Positions 49,392 through 61,243 of a stretch of 64,000 nucleotides of DNA are shown one piece after another. Position 1 is the first letter of the stretch. Each line of letters begins with the position of its first letter. Below the pieces are notes generated by a model that ran no database searches, was not told the origin of the DNA, and saw nothing but the letters and a program-made list of their open reading frames with translations. The DNA is from Chlorokybus atmophyticus (Eukaryota; Plantae; Mesostigma and Chlorokybus algae), in contig RHPI01002990.1 in NCBI GenBank assembly GCA_009103225.1, positions 374,223 through 438,222 on the forward strand. The letters are read 5' to 3'. The position numbers and the translations under genes were made by a program.

Positions 49392-50417
49392 GTAGGTACA
49401 TCATTTTATGTGATCAAGTCAATGTTACATGACCAAGACAGGAACCGTGTGAAATAGGTAAAAGAAGTGTGCAACTGCCACTCGAGAAGCACGCATGCGC
49501 ACAAGTTGCGCAATTGCCATTGAAGAAGTTATTCGGCTGTTGACCATGTTTGATGACGCAGTAACTATAGCGTGTAATCAATTAGCGTTAAAGGGTAGAG
49601 TGGATTAGTTAGAACGAGGGTGAGTAGTGGCGGCATGTCTTTGGGGTATGGGGCCTGCCCCGACCTCGTATCGCCAAAAATGCGGCCGTTTTAACCACTA
49701 ACTGTGCCGCAATTTTACCAAATCCCTAGCCATTTTGGGTCGCCGTTGGTAAGCGGTTGCCGCTGAGATATGTTTCAGCATCTTTTACGCATCTTTGCAA
49801 TGATTGGCCATTTCGCTGCCTTTTTGAGCAACTGGCTGTTGTCACCGTTGCGATCCCATTTGATCAAATTCATGCGTGACCAAATGGTGGCCTAACGATG
49901 CGATTTTTCGTTTAGTTGAATCTCAACGTTAAGGTAATTTAGGTTAGCATTATTTTGATGGTCGTAACCTTGGCATTATTTACGGAGTTTCGCAGCACGT
50001 ACCGTGACGTGAACGTTACGTTAATTATTTAATTTTGAAACACTTGACAGCATTTGCTAATCATATCGCACCATGTTGCACCATATTGCACCATATTGCA
50101 CCATATGTATCAATAATATCTTTAATGTAACACACTAAAATGATCAACATGCAGCCATAAGCGGCCATGTATGCAGAACTGTGCTTAATTTTACATTTAT
50201 TGGCATGCGCTTAAAAAATTGGATGTGCCTTGGACGGCCAGGATCGTGTTTAGGCATCTAACGGTGAAACGCTTATTCTCGCCGCCTAGCCAATGAGAAG
50301 CAGACGGGCCGCACATACTGCCGCGCAGCCCTGCAGTCGCGGGTGCCGTGTGATGGCCCTAACGCGGGATGTGTGATGTAGGTTGAATTGCCGACAGGCC
50401 GGCCGGCCCGACCAATA

Positions 50418-51313
50418 GGCGTGATGGGCGTAATGAATCTGCGCTTATAGCATAAATATGCTCTTAACGTTCAAAAGCATAACCCTGCCAAGAGCATACA
50501 ATTTTTGAGAATAATAGTATGCTCTTACAAAAGGGTAGACTATATAGTCTACCCCCGTTAAAAGACTTCGGTTTATGAGAATAACCCCGTTGAGATCATA
50601 GATTTGCAAAAGACCAATGGTTTTACAGGCAAATATTATCGGTTAGTGGAATAGTTTTGTACGCAATAAGACTACAACGAAGGGTTAATCTTTTGAGTAA
50701 GCTCAGTCTTGTTACGGGGGAATACCTCGTTAATGGCATGTTTATTTTGATATTATAAACATAAACAAATTAAAAGACTCATATGTAGTTACGTAGACTC
50801 ATATATAGTTACGTAGACTCATATATAATTACGTAGACTCATGTATAATTACGTAGACTCATGTATAGACTCATATATAGTTACGTACATACTATTGGTA
50901 ATCAATTTATTGTTGACTATTATTGATTTAGTCTATGCTACGTTAAAATATAATAACGTGGCTTACGGTTATTTCGCAATGCCCATGTTAGTAAAATATA
51001 TATTATGTAAAGAATAAAATAGTATATATCATTGTAAACGCCAAGAGAATAACCCCGTTGATGGAATGAAAGCTGAAAGATACACGTGATTTGTATAGCG
51101 GAGGTAGACTACAGTACAGTTAAGGTACATAGTTGTACCTAATTGCATTGAAACATCTATTGTACAATCTACCCCTTTTAATAGCATACTGTTTATTTTT
51201 AAAGATAGTTTGCTCCTGGCGGGGTTATGCTCTTGGCGATAAATTGCGTAATATGCTCTTAAACATTAAGAGCATCTGTATGCTATAAAGCAGTTTAATA
51301 CGCCCATCACGCC
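50418..51313. mobile_element. Foldback/MITE-like element with diverged ~140-bp terminal inverted repeats
   Basis: ggcgtgatgggcgta..gcttatagcata..atgctcttaa (50418 onward) is inverted relative to ~51170-51313; AT-rich non-coding interior. No TSD identified. Confidence 0.45.
50775..50887 (+). repeat. 20-bp minisatellite AGACTCATRTRTARTTACGT (~5.6 copies)
   Basis: Units at 50775, 50795, 50815, 50835, 50855 (truncated) and 50867. Confidence 0.9.
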
Positions 51314-51768
51314 CATTACATCACGCGCGTTACGTCACGTCTATTATGCCATCGCTCATTACGCTGATTACGTGTTGCACTGTATCCCATCACGCCTTGT
51401 CCATCACACTCATTACGCCTGATGACAAACCCGTCACGCGCTACTCCCTCAATGTTAAGAATATGCACACTTACATTTGCAAAAATATCATGAAAAATAA
51501 TATGCTCTTCGCGGTTAGTCATATTCTCTGAAGCACTAGCATTTGCCTGTAGCATCGTCGGTGATCTCAAAACGTATGCTACAAGCGGGGTTATTCTCCT
51601 GGAGCAAAGTCTTTTAGCGGGGGTGGACTGTATAACGCACACATGACGCATATGTGCACCGTGCATGTTATGCTCAAAATGTATTTCTTTTATTCATTCG
51701 CATGCTTTGTGCAATTGCACGATATGGGGATGTGCTTTGGAAGGTTGAGATTTGTTTAACACAAATCG

Positions 51769-52112
51769 AATGGCCGATAGCTGATAAACGTCGCATAGCC
51801 AATGAGAGGCAGGCGGGCTGCTCGGTATGCGCGGCAGGCATGTAGTCTCGGCTGCCGTGTGTGATGGCCCTCAGTGCGCGTGATGTGTCTTTGTGCCCTA
51901 ATGTCGGCCTCCCGGCCGCCCGGCCGGCTCAATCCCGCCCAATGGCCGATAGCTGATAAACGTCGCATAGCCAATGAGAGGCAGGCGGGCTGCTCGGTAT
52001 GCGCGGCAGGCATGTAGTCTCGGCTGCCGTGTGTGATGGCCCTCAGTGCGCGTGATGTGTCTTTATGCCCTAATGCCGGCCTCCCGGCCGGCCGGCCGGC
52101 CCAATCCCGCCC
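51769..52112 (+). repeat. 172-bp tandem duplication; diverged third copy at ~50285-50415
   Basis: Units start aatggccgatagctgataaacg at 51769 and 51941. Confidence 0.9.
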
Positions 52113-52298
52113 AATCAGCCGCACCGCTAGTTGCAGGTACATCATTTTATGTGATTAAGTCAATGTTACATGATCAAGACAGGAACCGTATGAAAAAGGC
52201 AACAGAAATGTGCAATTGCCACTCGAGAAGTCACTGTAGGTACATCATTCTATGTGATCAAGTCAATGTTACATGACCAAGACAGGAACCGTGTTCCC

Positions 52299-52312
52299 AA
52301 AAAGAAAAAAAA
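52299..52312 (-). terminator. Pol III oligo-T terminator of the tRNA gene
   Basis: Minus strand reads TTTTTTTTCTTTTT, 5 nt after the tRNA 3' end. Confidence 0.8.
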
Positions 52313-52317
52313 TGTGA

Positions 52318-52391
52318 CGACCACAACGGGAATCGAACCCGCGACCTCTGGATCCGAAGTCCAACGCGCTAATCCACTGCGCTATGCGGTC
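52318..52391 (-). tRNA. trnR-UCG: tRNA-Arg (anticodon TCG), 74 nt, no intron
   Basis: GACCGCA TA GCGC AGTGGATTA GCGC G TTGGA CTTCGGA TCCAG AGGTC GCGGG TTCGATT CCCGT TGTGGTC G folds into a complete cloverleaf with A and B boxes. Confidence 0.95.
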
Positions 52392-52639
52392 ATCTGTTTT
52401 GATAGCGTGTAAGTCTTGTTATATATTGCATGCTGTTAAATAGTAAACGGAAGCAATTGACCAATCTTTGTTCGTTCCTAAGTTCCGACCATCAACTTCC
52501 ATCCGCCCCCTGTTTAAATAGAATGTAAGTCCAGCAATTGTATTTGATATCCGTCAAATAGCAAACGGAAGCAATTGACATCAACTTCCATCCGCCGCCG
52601 GAAGTAGGCGGAGGGGGTCTGCCAGTTGCGATGTGGCTG

Positions 52640-55600
52640 ACATGGCCAGGGATGGCGCCCAAAGTTGGCGCCGCGGAGTACGGGCGTCTTAGCGCAGACG
52701 CCGCGCGGTACGGGCGCTTGCGGTTGTGGCCCTGGCAGGAGCGCATGGAGCCATGCGCCCTGCGCTGGATCCTCCGCTCTGTTCATGTTGCTGCGGCCGC
52801 CCAGGGGGGGCGGCGGCGGCGGTGGCGATCGGGATTAGGGTTGACAGCTCAAGCCAGCGGACGGCTGTGCGTCGGAATCTCTCGCCCACCTCTGCTTTTC
52901 GGACGCGCTGCTTGGACAAAGTTGCTGCCGACAGCAAAGGTAAGTGCCTGCCGCCTGTGGCACAGTCTGCTACACCATCGTATTGGTCAATAATGCGAAA
53001 CGTTGCGCTAGGTACAGGTAGTAGTAGTCGTGCGTAAGTAGGCCCGTATGCATGTTAGGCATAGAGGCAGTGCCAGCAAACAACACAGCAGCAGCAGCGG
53101 CATTCCTTTGCACCCATCATGCTGTGCTTTCATGGAACGTTCAGTCAGCAGCAGTACGCGTTTACGTCTCATCTGAATTTCGTGGCTTTAGTGCAACCGA
53201 TGACGGAAATCGAAACTCACTGCTATATGTACGCAAATACAAGCACGGAACACGGTCCCCTCGGCCGTCGATGGCGGCGATGACGCGGTAGAGTCAGAGC
53301 AGGGCGGCGAAGTCCGCACGATGACACCTGGCGCGCTCCGCCGCCCCTTTTGCTCAGTGGGCTGCGGCGTACGGCGAGAGGATGCAGCGCAGTACGGGCA
53401 GTTTAACATGGGCACCTCTCCTGCATGGATCCATGCAGGGGAGGCACCCTCCCTTGCCTCTCTGCCTGCCTTGGCGCCTTGGCGTTCAGCCGCCGCCTGC
53501 AGCGACTGTCCTGCTGTCCAGCTATCCTGTAATGTGGCCTTTGGGGTTTCAATTGGTGGAGCTTGGGGCCGGCTGCTGTTGCCGACTCGGATAGGACGAA
53601 CTTGGTCGTGCTGCAGCCTGCCTGGTGAGCGTTACACTCACCATCAAATTCAACGTGTGACTTGGTGATTTGTGCTAACCCTAATCTCAGCTTACTCACT
53701 CACTCACTCACTCACCCTGCCTGCATTCGTTCTTACTCACTTCAAGTCGCTACCCGGGTAGTTTGTTTTTGTTTTTTTGACTAATTATACTCGATCTGAG
53801 CATGTTTCCCTGTTTCACTCAGTTTGCTGCTCACGCACCCGCCTTCCTTCCCATACTCGCCACCAGTCAACTACTACTCAATTTGCACATGCTTATTTAT
53901 AATTTGCAGCCCACTTCCGCACACGGCTTGCTGATCACTCACATTCAAACACTTGCTCACTCACACTCAGTTGGGTATGTTAGCTACACTCTCACAGCCT
54001 CCCTCCCTGCCTCTCTCCCCAACAAACTCATTACACTTCATTCTCAATCCGTGCACATCCACTTACCCACTTGGTTTACTACTCATTCACACTTGTGCAC
54101 ACTTACTCACTCACTCCCGCACCGTTGAGTTTGGTCCCTCCGTCCCTTGCTCAGTACAATTTATTTTCAGTCCGGGCATCTTCACTCCCTCCCTCCCTCC
54201 CTCACTCAGTCATACTCACCCTCAACTGCACATCCACTTACCCGCTTGGTTTGCTGCTTACTCACACTTGCACACTCACTCACTCAGTCCCACACCTCCG
54301 TCCCTTACTCACTACAACTCATTTTCAGGGCATCTACACTCACCATCACGGCAACGGTTGCACCTTCACTCATCCACTAACTGACTCACTCACTCGCTCA
54401 GTCACATGCATGCTCATACTCACCATCCCGCAGCAGCCAGGTGTGGACTGACTCAGCGGATAGAGTGCGTGAGTGAGTTTGCGAGCGAGCAATACACAGG
54501 GACTCCAAGCTAGCTACAACTCTCAGCCTGCAATCCCAACACACATTCGAGTCACTCATTCACTGACGTACTCACTCTCGCTTGCGCACGCACTCACAGT
54601 CTGGTACACTTACACACCCTCCCTCTCTCCCTTATTTGCTGCGACTTCAAGCTCAAACCCGTGTTGTCTCACTTACCCACTCACCCACAGACATCCTCCC
54701 GCAGCAGCCAAGCTCGGAGGATGTCGTTCATATCCAAGGACCGCGGGTTGGGGAGGATTTCAAAGGCTTTCGTTCGTACTCGGGGAGTGGACATTCTGCA
54801 CGACGCATATGCACGCCTACAGGACGGGTAGGGTGTTCACTTGCGTGCGTGCGCGCGTGTGTGTAATGTGCGCTGCATTTGTGATTGTGATTGTGCGTGT
54901 GTTGGTGGCAATCAATGAACTCTGTGCTGCAGGGCTGAGCGGCGCAGGATGTGGAAGCCGGGTGAACCCTGGGATGACCTCAACGCCGTGTGCCTTCACC
55001 TCCGCGCGCTGGTGGCCTCAGCAAGCAAACCCGCCCTCGGACGACTTGTGTGTTTTGAAGCTCGCCAAGTTGGCGCCTGGATCCTCGCTCACTCGGGCTA
55101 GCCTGCTGCGCCTGGCGCTCATCACGTGGATCCTCGAGCTGCCCCTTGGCGACCCCCTGCGCCACGCGCAGACATGGCGAGACATAGCCTCGCACCCTTC
55201 CCTTCACGGCGAAGACCTGCACCAAACCGTGCGCATGTCCTATTATGCACGCTTTGTGCATGGCTTCGATCTCTTGGATCAGGCCGTGCTCATGCTAGAG
55301 ACCTCCTTGACAGACGCTCAGGTATGTATATGCGTGCGTGCGCGTTGTGTTAATATAATCTCGGTGTCTTCAACACACAAGTTGTGTGAGCGAGCTGAAC
55401 TAGCAAAGTACACACCCCTGTGTGCAGCTGGTTGCACAGGCTAACAAGTGTGCCCATGTTTAATGCGTGTGCCGCAGTGTGCACTGACTGGCTTGTGTTT
55501 CTCCTGTTTCAGATCTCCCTCCTGTTGAGCATGCTTGGCCTCTGGCGCGACTCTCGCGAGGGGTGCTCTCCGGAGAGCAATCATCGCGCCAGGCAATACG

Positions 55601-57006
55601 AAGAGGTGTTTCGGCGGCTGTCTGCTGGCTATAGGGTTACTGAGGAACAAGGTGAAGACACTTACAGTCAGGAGGAGGGAGAGGACCTCGCCAACTGCGG
55701 CTCCGTCAAGCACTTCCTCACCTTGAGTGACGGGTGTCATCCTTGCGCTCTGCTGACCAGCGCAAGACCTCTACCCCGTCTGCAGCGAACCTTCAGCACG
55801 CTCCCGTTCACATTCCCCACGCACAGCCTGGTGATGGCGAGCCATCATCTGGTATCCATGGTCAACGTGCGGGCGTCTGAACGGGGGTACGTCCCTCGAG
55901 GCGGCCGCGGCCTCGATCGCGACCGTTACCTTGATTCCCTCCATTGCACGGGTGCAGCCCCGGCCTTCAATTGGCGCACTGCCGTCAGCACCATCAAGGA
56001 GGCCACAACGTCTTGGAGTACAACCGGGGTCATGGACTTCATGCGCGCTGCAGCTAGGAAGATAGAGGTCGTGTACCATCGCACGATCTCGTCGGCGTGG
56101 TACATGGAACCCCCCCAGTGGAGCCGCTTCCCTCTGGACACAGACCTGTTGGCTCTCGTGCTCGCCACGCCGTACTACACAGCCACGAAAGACCTGCAGC
56201 CTCTCCAGGCTCCGGTGGCAGCCAGTGGTGGCTACAATCCCAAGTGTGCGCGCACCTACCTGCGCTATCGCTCGTGTGCTGATGCATGTTGGGGGTGTCA
56301 CGAAACTGATCAACCGATCGCTGTGCAGGAGTAGCTTGGGCAACCTTATACGATGCTTGGAGGCCTTGGGGCTGCTCTCCGGCGCTGATCTTGCCCCTGA
56401 AGTCCTAGAGGAGCTCTGGATGACTCAAGGGGGTGCGCGACGCTTGTACCGAACCATGATCAGCCAGGCTGAACCTTACATGGACGTGCACGTCGGGGAG
56501 GTGGCAGACATCCTCTGCGCTCCTGCGTACCAGGTGCGCACTTGGTTCTGAATGCTGCTTGCAATGATATGCAAACGTGCTGCTTCATGCTCTCAACCGC
56601 ACAGGACCTCGCACATGTGCCTGGCCGAGCCGACATCATGCAGCTCGCTGCCTGCGGCCGGTCGCTCCTGGAGTTGGCTCGACGCATGAAGCAGGTCAGC
56701 ATGCTGACGTGGAGCATGCTGAAGTTTGAAAAGCTACCCGGTATTGGCCACATCACCCTGGAGGTGCATTGGGCCGATAATAAGAATCAAGACAGCACGG
56801 TGCGTGCAAGAACTGTGCAGTGATTTGCTGAACCAATGCCATTGACATAACAACTTACACTGTGTGTGTGTTTTCAGCAACTCTATACTCGCGGCGGCAT
56901 CTACGACGAGGCCGCTGTCTTTGATCTTATCCGGCTCGCACATTACTTCAACTTGCTTTCGCATAGCGATCTGCCATTAGGAGGACTCGCTGCGCTGCCT
57001 CCACTT
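52640..57006 (+). pseudogene. 5' part of a large unknown multi-exon gene, truncated by the inversion
   Basis: Exon-like blocks with canonical borders: ..52939|gtaag; cag|54933-55321|gtatg; cag|55513-56533|gtgcg; cag|56605-~56799; cag|56878-57006. Frame breaks near 55060 and 56334. No recognisable domain. Start uncertain. Confidence 0.55.
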
Positions 57007-60000
57007 CTGAGGCAAAGAGGTAATGAGACAGGTGAGTGAGATGGAAGCATTCAACACAAACAAACACGAATGCAAGCCATACAGCTGCCTCGCCCGCGCG
57101 CACGCACGTACGAGGCAGCAGGGGCAGACCGAATGAGACAGATGGACGAGCTTGAATCATACAACACAAACAACTTGTTGAACACACGAAGCAAAGAGTT
57201 ACTGATCGTGGACACAAGGCATGCACGTGTATGAGACGAGCACGTGCCGACAGAGTGCAGCAGCAAGCAACATGTTCAAGCGTGTGCTTACTTGTCAACG
57301 AAGCCAGCCTGGGCCGCAACGGTGGGCTCTTGAAAGTCGAAATGGAGGCTGCCGTCCAGCACCCACGGTACGAAGACTCCCGTGGTAGTGGCGCCTGCGC
57401 GGACGCCATGCGCGTCGATGTCGAACCCTGCTGTGCGAAGCATCACCAGGGCAGCCTGTTGAAGCTTCACTGTGGGCCATGCCTCCCCAGTCGGCAGTCC
57501 CTGTGGTGTCAGATCCTGGAAGAGAGGTTGCTGCCACGCCAGCGGGTGCAAGTGGAGGCAGCGCAGCGAGTCCTCCTAATGGCAGATCGCTATGCGAAAG
57601 CAAGTTGAAGTAATGTGCGAGCCGGATAAGATCAAAGACAGCGGCCTCGTCGTAGATGCCGCCGCGAGTATAGAGTTGCTGAAAACACACACACAGTGTA
57701 AGTTGTTATGTCAATGGCATTGGTTCAGCAAATCACTGCACAGTTCTTGCACGCACCGTGCTGTCTTGATTCTTATTATCGGCCCAATGCACCTCCAGGG
57801 TGATGTGGCCAATACCGGGTAGCTTTTCAAACTTCAGCATGCTCCACGTCAGCATGCTGACCTGCTTCATGCGTCGAGCCAACTCCAGGAGCGACCGGCC
57901 GCAGGCAGCGAGCTGCATGATGTCGGCTCGGCCAGGCACATGTGCGAGGTCCTGTGCGGTTGAGAGCATGAAGCAGCACGTTTGCATATCATTGCAAGCA
58001 GCATTCAGAACCAAGTGCGCACCTGGTACGCAGGAGCGCAGAGGATGTCTGCCACCTCCCCGACGTGCACGTCCATGTAAGGTTCAGCCTGGCTGATCAT
58101 GGTTCGGTACAAGCGTCGCGCACCCCCTTGAGTCATCCAGAGCTCCTCTAGGACTTCAGGGGCAAGATCAGCGCCGGAGAGCAGCCCCAAGGCCTCCAAG
58201 CATCGTATAAGGTTGCCCAAGCTACTCCTGCACAGCGATCGGTTGATCAGTTTCGTGACACCCCCAACATGCATCAGCACACGAGCGATAGCGCAGGTAG
58301 GTGCGCGCACACTTGGGATTGTAGCCACCACTGGCTGCCACCGGAGCCTGGAGAGGCTGCAGGTCTTTCGTGGCTGTGTAGTACGGCGTGGCGAGCACGA
58401 GAGCCAACAGGTCTGTGTCCAGAGGGAAGCGGCTCCACTGGGGGGGTTCCATGTACCACGCCGACGAGATCGTGCGATGGTACACGACCTCTATCTTCCT
58501 AGCTGCAGCGCGCATGAAGTCCATGACCCCGGTTGTACTCCAAGACGTTGTGGCCTCCTTGATGGTGCTGACGGCAGTGCGCCAATTGAAGGCCGGGGCT
58601 GCACCCGTGCAATGGAGGGAATCAAGGTAACGGTCGCGATCGAGGCCGCGGCCGCCTCGAGGGACGTACCCCCGTTCAGACGCCCGCACGTTGACCATGG
58701 ATACCAGATGATGGCTCGCCATCACCAGGCTGTGCGTGGGGAATGTGAACGGGAGCGTGCTGAAGGTTCGCTGCAGACGGGGTAGAGGTCTTGCGCTGGT
58801 CAGCAGAGCGCAAGGATGACACCCGTCACTCAAGGTGAGGAAGTGCTTGACGGAGCCGCAGTTGGCGAGGTCCTCTCCCTCCTCCTGACTGTAAGTGTCT
58901 TCACCTTGTTCCTCAGTAACCCTATAGCCAGCAGACAGCCGCCGAAACACCTCTTCGTATTGCCTGGCGCGATGATTGCTCTCCGGAGAGCACCCCTCGC
59001 GAGAGTCGCGCCAGAGGCCAAGCATGCTCAACAGGAGGGAGATCTGAAACAGGAGAAACACAAGCCAGTCAGTGCACACTGCGGCACACGCATTAAACAT
59101 GGGCACACTTGTTAGCCTGTGCAACCAGCTGCACACAGGGGTGTGTACTTTGCTAGTTCAGCTCGCTCACACAACTTGTGTGTTGAAGACACCGAGATTA
59201 TATTAACACAACGCGCACGCACGCATATACATACCTGAGCGTCTGTCAAGGAGGTCTCTAGCATGAGCACGGCCTGATCCAAGAGATCGAAGCCATGCAC
59301 AAAGCGTGCATAATAGGACATGCGCACGGTTTGGTGCAGGTCTTCGCCGTGAAGGGAAGGGTGCGAGGCTATGTCTCGCCATGTCTGCGCGTGGCGCAGG
59401 GGGTCGCCAAGGGGCAGCTCGAGGATCCACGTGATGAGCGCCAGGCGCAGCAGGCTAGCCCGAGTGAGCGAGGATCCAGGCGCCAACTTGGCGAGCTTCA
59501 AAACACACAAGTCGTCCGAGGGCGGGTTTGCTTGCTGAGGCCACCAGCGCGCGGAGGTGAAGGCACACGGCGTTGAGGTCATCCCAGGGTTCACCCGGCT
59601 TCCACATCCTGCGCCGCTCAGCCCTGCAGCACAGAGTTCATTGATTGCCACCAACACACGCACAATCACAAATGCAGCGCACATTACACACACGCGCGCA
59701 CGCACGCAAGTGAACACCCTACCCGTCCTGTAGGCGTGCATATGCGTCGTGCAGAATGTCCACTCCCCGAGTACGAACGAAAGCCTTTGAAATCCTCCCC
59801 AACCCGCGGTCCTTGGATATGAACGACATCCTCCGAGCTTGGCTGCTGCGGGAGGATGTCTGTGGGTGAGTGGGTAAGTGAGACAACACGGGTTTGAGCT
59901 TGAAGTCGCAGCAAATAAGGGAGAGAGGGAGGGTGTGTAAGTGTACCAGACTGTGAGTGCGTGCGCAAGCGAGAGTGAGTACGTCAGTGAATGAGTGACT

Positions 60001-60985
60001 CGAATGTGTGTTGGGATTGCAGGCTGAGAGTTGTAGCTAGCTTGGAGTCCCTGTGTATTGCTCGCTCGCAAACTCACGCACTCTATCCGCTGAGTCAGTC
60101 CACACCTGGCTGCTGCGGGATGGTGAGTATGAGCATGCATGTGACTGAGTGAGTGAGTGAGTGAGTGAGTCAGTTAGTGGATGAGTGAAGGTGCAACCGT
60201 TGCCGTGATGGTGAGAGTGGATGCCCTGAAAATGAGTTGTAGTGAGTAAGGGACGGAGGTGTGGGACTGAGTGAGTGAGTGTGCAAGTGTGAGTAAGCAG
60301 CAAACCAAGTGGGTAAGTGGATGTGCACGGATTGTTAATGAAGTGTAATGAGTTTGTTGGGGAGAGAGGCAGGGAGGGAGGCTGTGAGAGTGTAGCTAAC
60401 ATACCGAACTGAGTGTGAGTGAGCAAGTGTGTGAATGTGAGTGATCAGCAAGCCGTGTGCGGAAGTGGGCTGCAAGCTATAAATAAGCATGTGCAAATTG
60501 AGTATGACTGGTGGCGAGTATGAGAAGGAAGGCGGGTGCGTGAGCAGCAAACTGAGTGAAACAGGGGAACCTGCTCAGATCGAGTATAATTAGTCAAAAA
60601 AACAACAACAGTCAAAAACACAACAAAAACAAACTACCCAGGTAGCGACTTGAAGTGAGTAAGAACGAATGCAGGCAGGGTGAGTGAGTGAGTGAGTGAG
60701 TAAGCTGAGATTAGGGTTAGCACAAATCACCAAGTCACACGTTGATTTTGATGGTGAGTGTAACTCACCGGGCAGGCTGCAGCACGACCAAATTTGTTCT
60801 ATCCGAGTCGGCAACAGCAGCCGGCCCCAAGCTCCACCAATTGAAACCCCGAAGGCCAAGTAATAGGACAGCTCGACAGCTGGACAGTCGCTGCAGGCGG
60901 CGGGAGGAAGGCGCCAAGATCGCCAAGGCAGAGAGGCAAGGGGAGGGCGCCTCCCCTGCATGGATCCATGCAGGGGTGCCCATCC
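53400..60985. repeat. Inverted duplication with 543-bp spacer (57007-57549); arms ~3.6 kb
   Basis: Inner mirror ORFs sum to 114556 with identical translations; a 6-bp indel at ~54886/59660; outer arms (53400-54470 vs 60080-60985) carry many indels and substitutions. Confidence 0.93.
57292..59630 (-). pseudogene. Inverted copy of the unknown gene, extending 258 nt further (57549-57292) to a GTAAG donor
   Basis: Mirror of 54933-57006 plus unique exon sequence; intron 57291-57007 is homologous to 60986-61243. Confidence 0.55.
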
Positions 60986-61243
60986 TCTCATACACGTGCA
61001 TGCCTTGTGTCCACGTGCAGTAACTCTTTGCTTCGTGTGTTCAACAAGTTGTTTGTGTTGTATGATTCAAGCTCTCTTCCATCTGTCTCATTCAGTCTGC
61101 CCCGGCTGCCTCGTACGTGCGTGCGCGCGTGCGAGGCAGCTGTATGGCTTGCATTCGTGTTGGTGAGTTTGTTTGTTTGTTTGTTTGTGTTGAATGCTTC
61201 CATCTCACTCACCTGTCTCATTACCTCTTTGCTATGTGCACAG

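Larger units (their letters stand above)
49392..52293 (+). repeat. ~100-bp repeat unit at 49392-49489, 52134-52230 and 52236-52293 (partial), bracketing a 2.6-kb block
   Basis: aggtacatcatt(t/c)tatgtgat(c/t)aagtcaatgttacatga(c/t)caagacaggaaccgt in all three copies. Confidence 0.8.

Noticed and set aside
53690-54600. Long Leu/Thr/His-rich ORFs
   Set aside because: Arise from intronic (ACTC)n low-complexity sequence.
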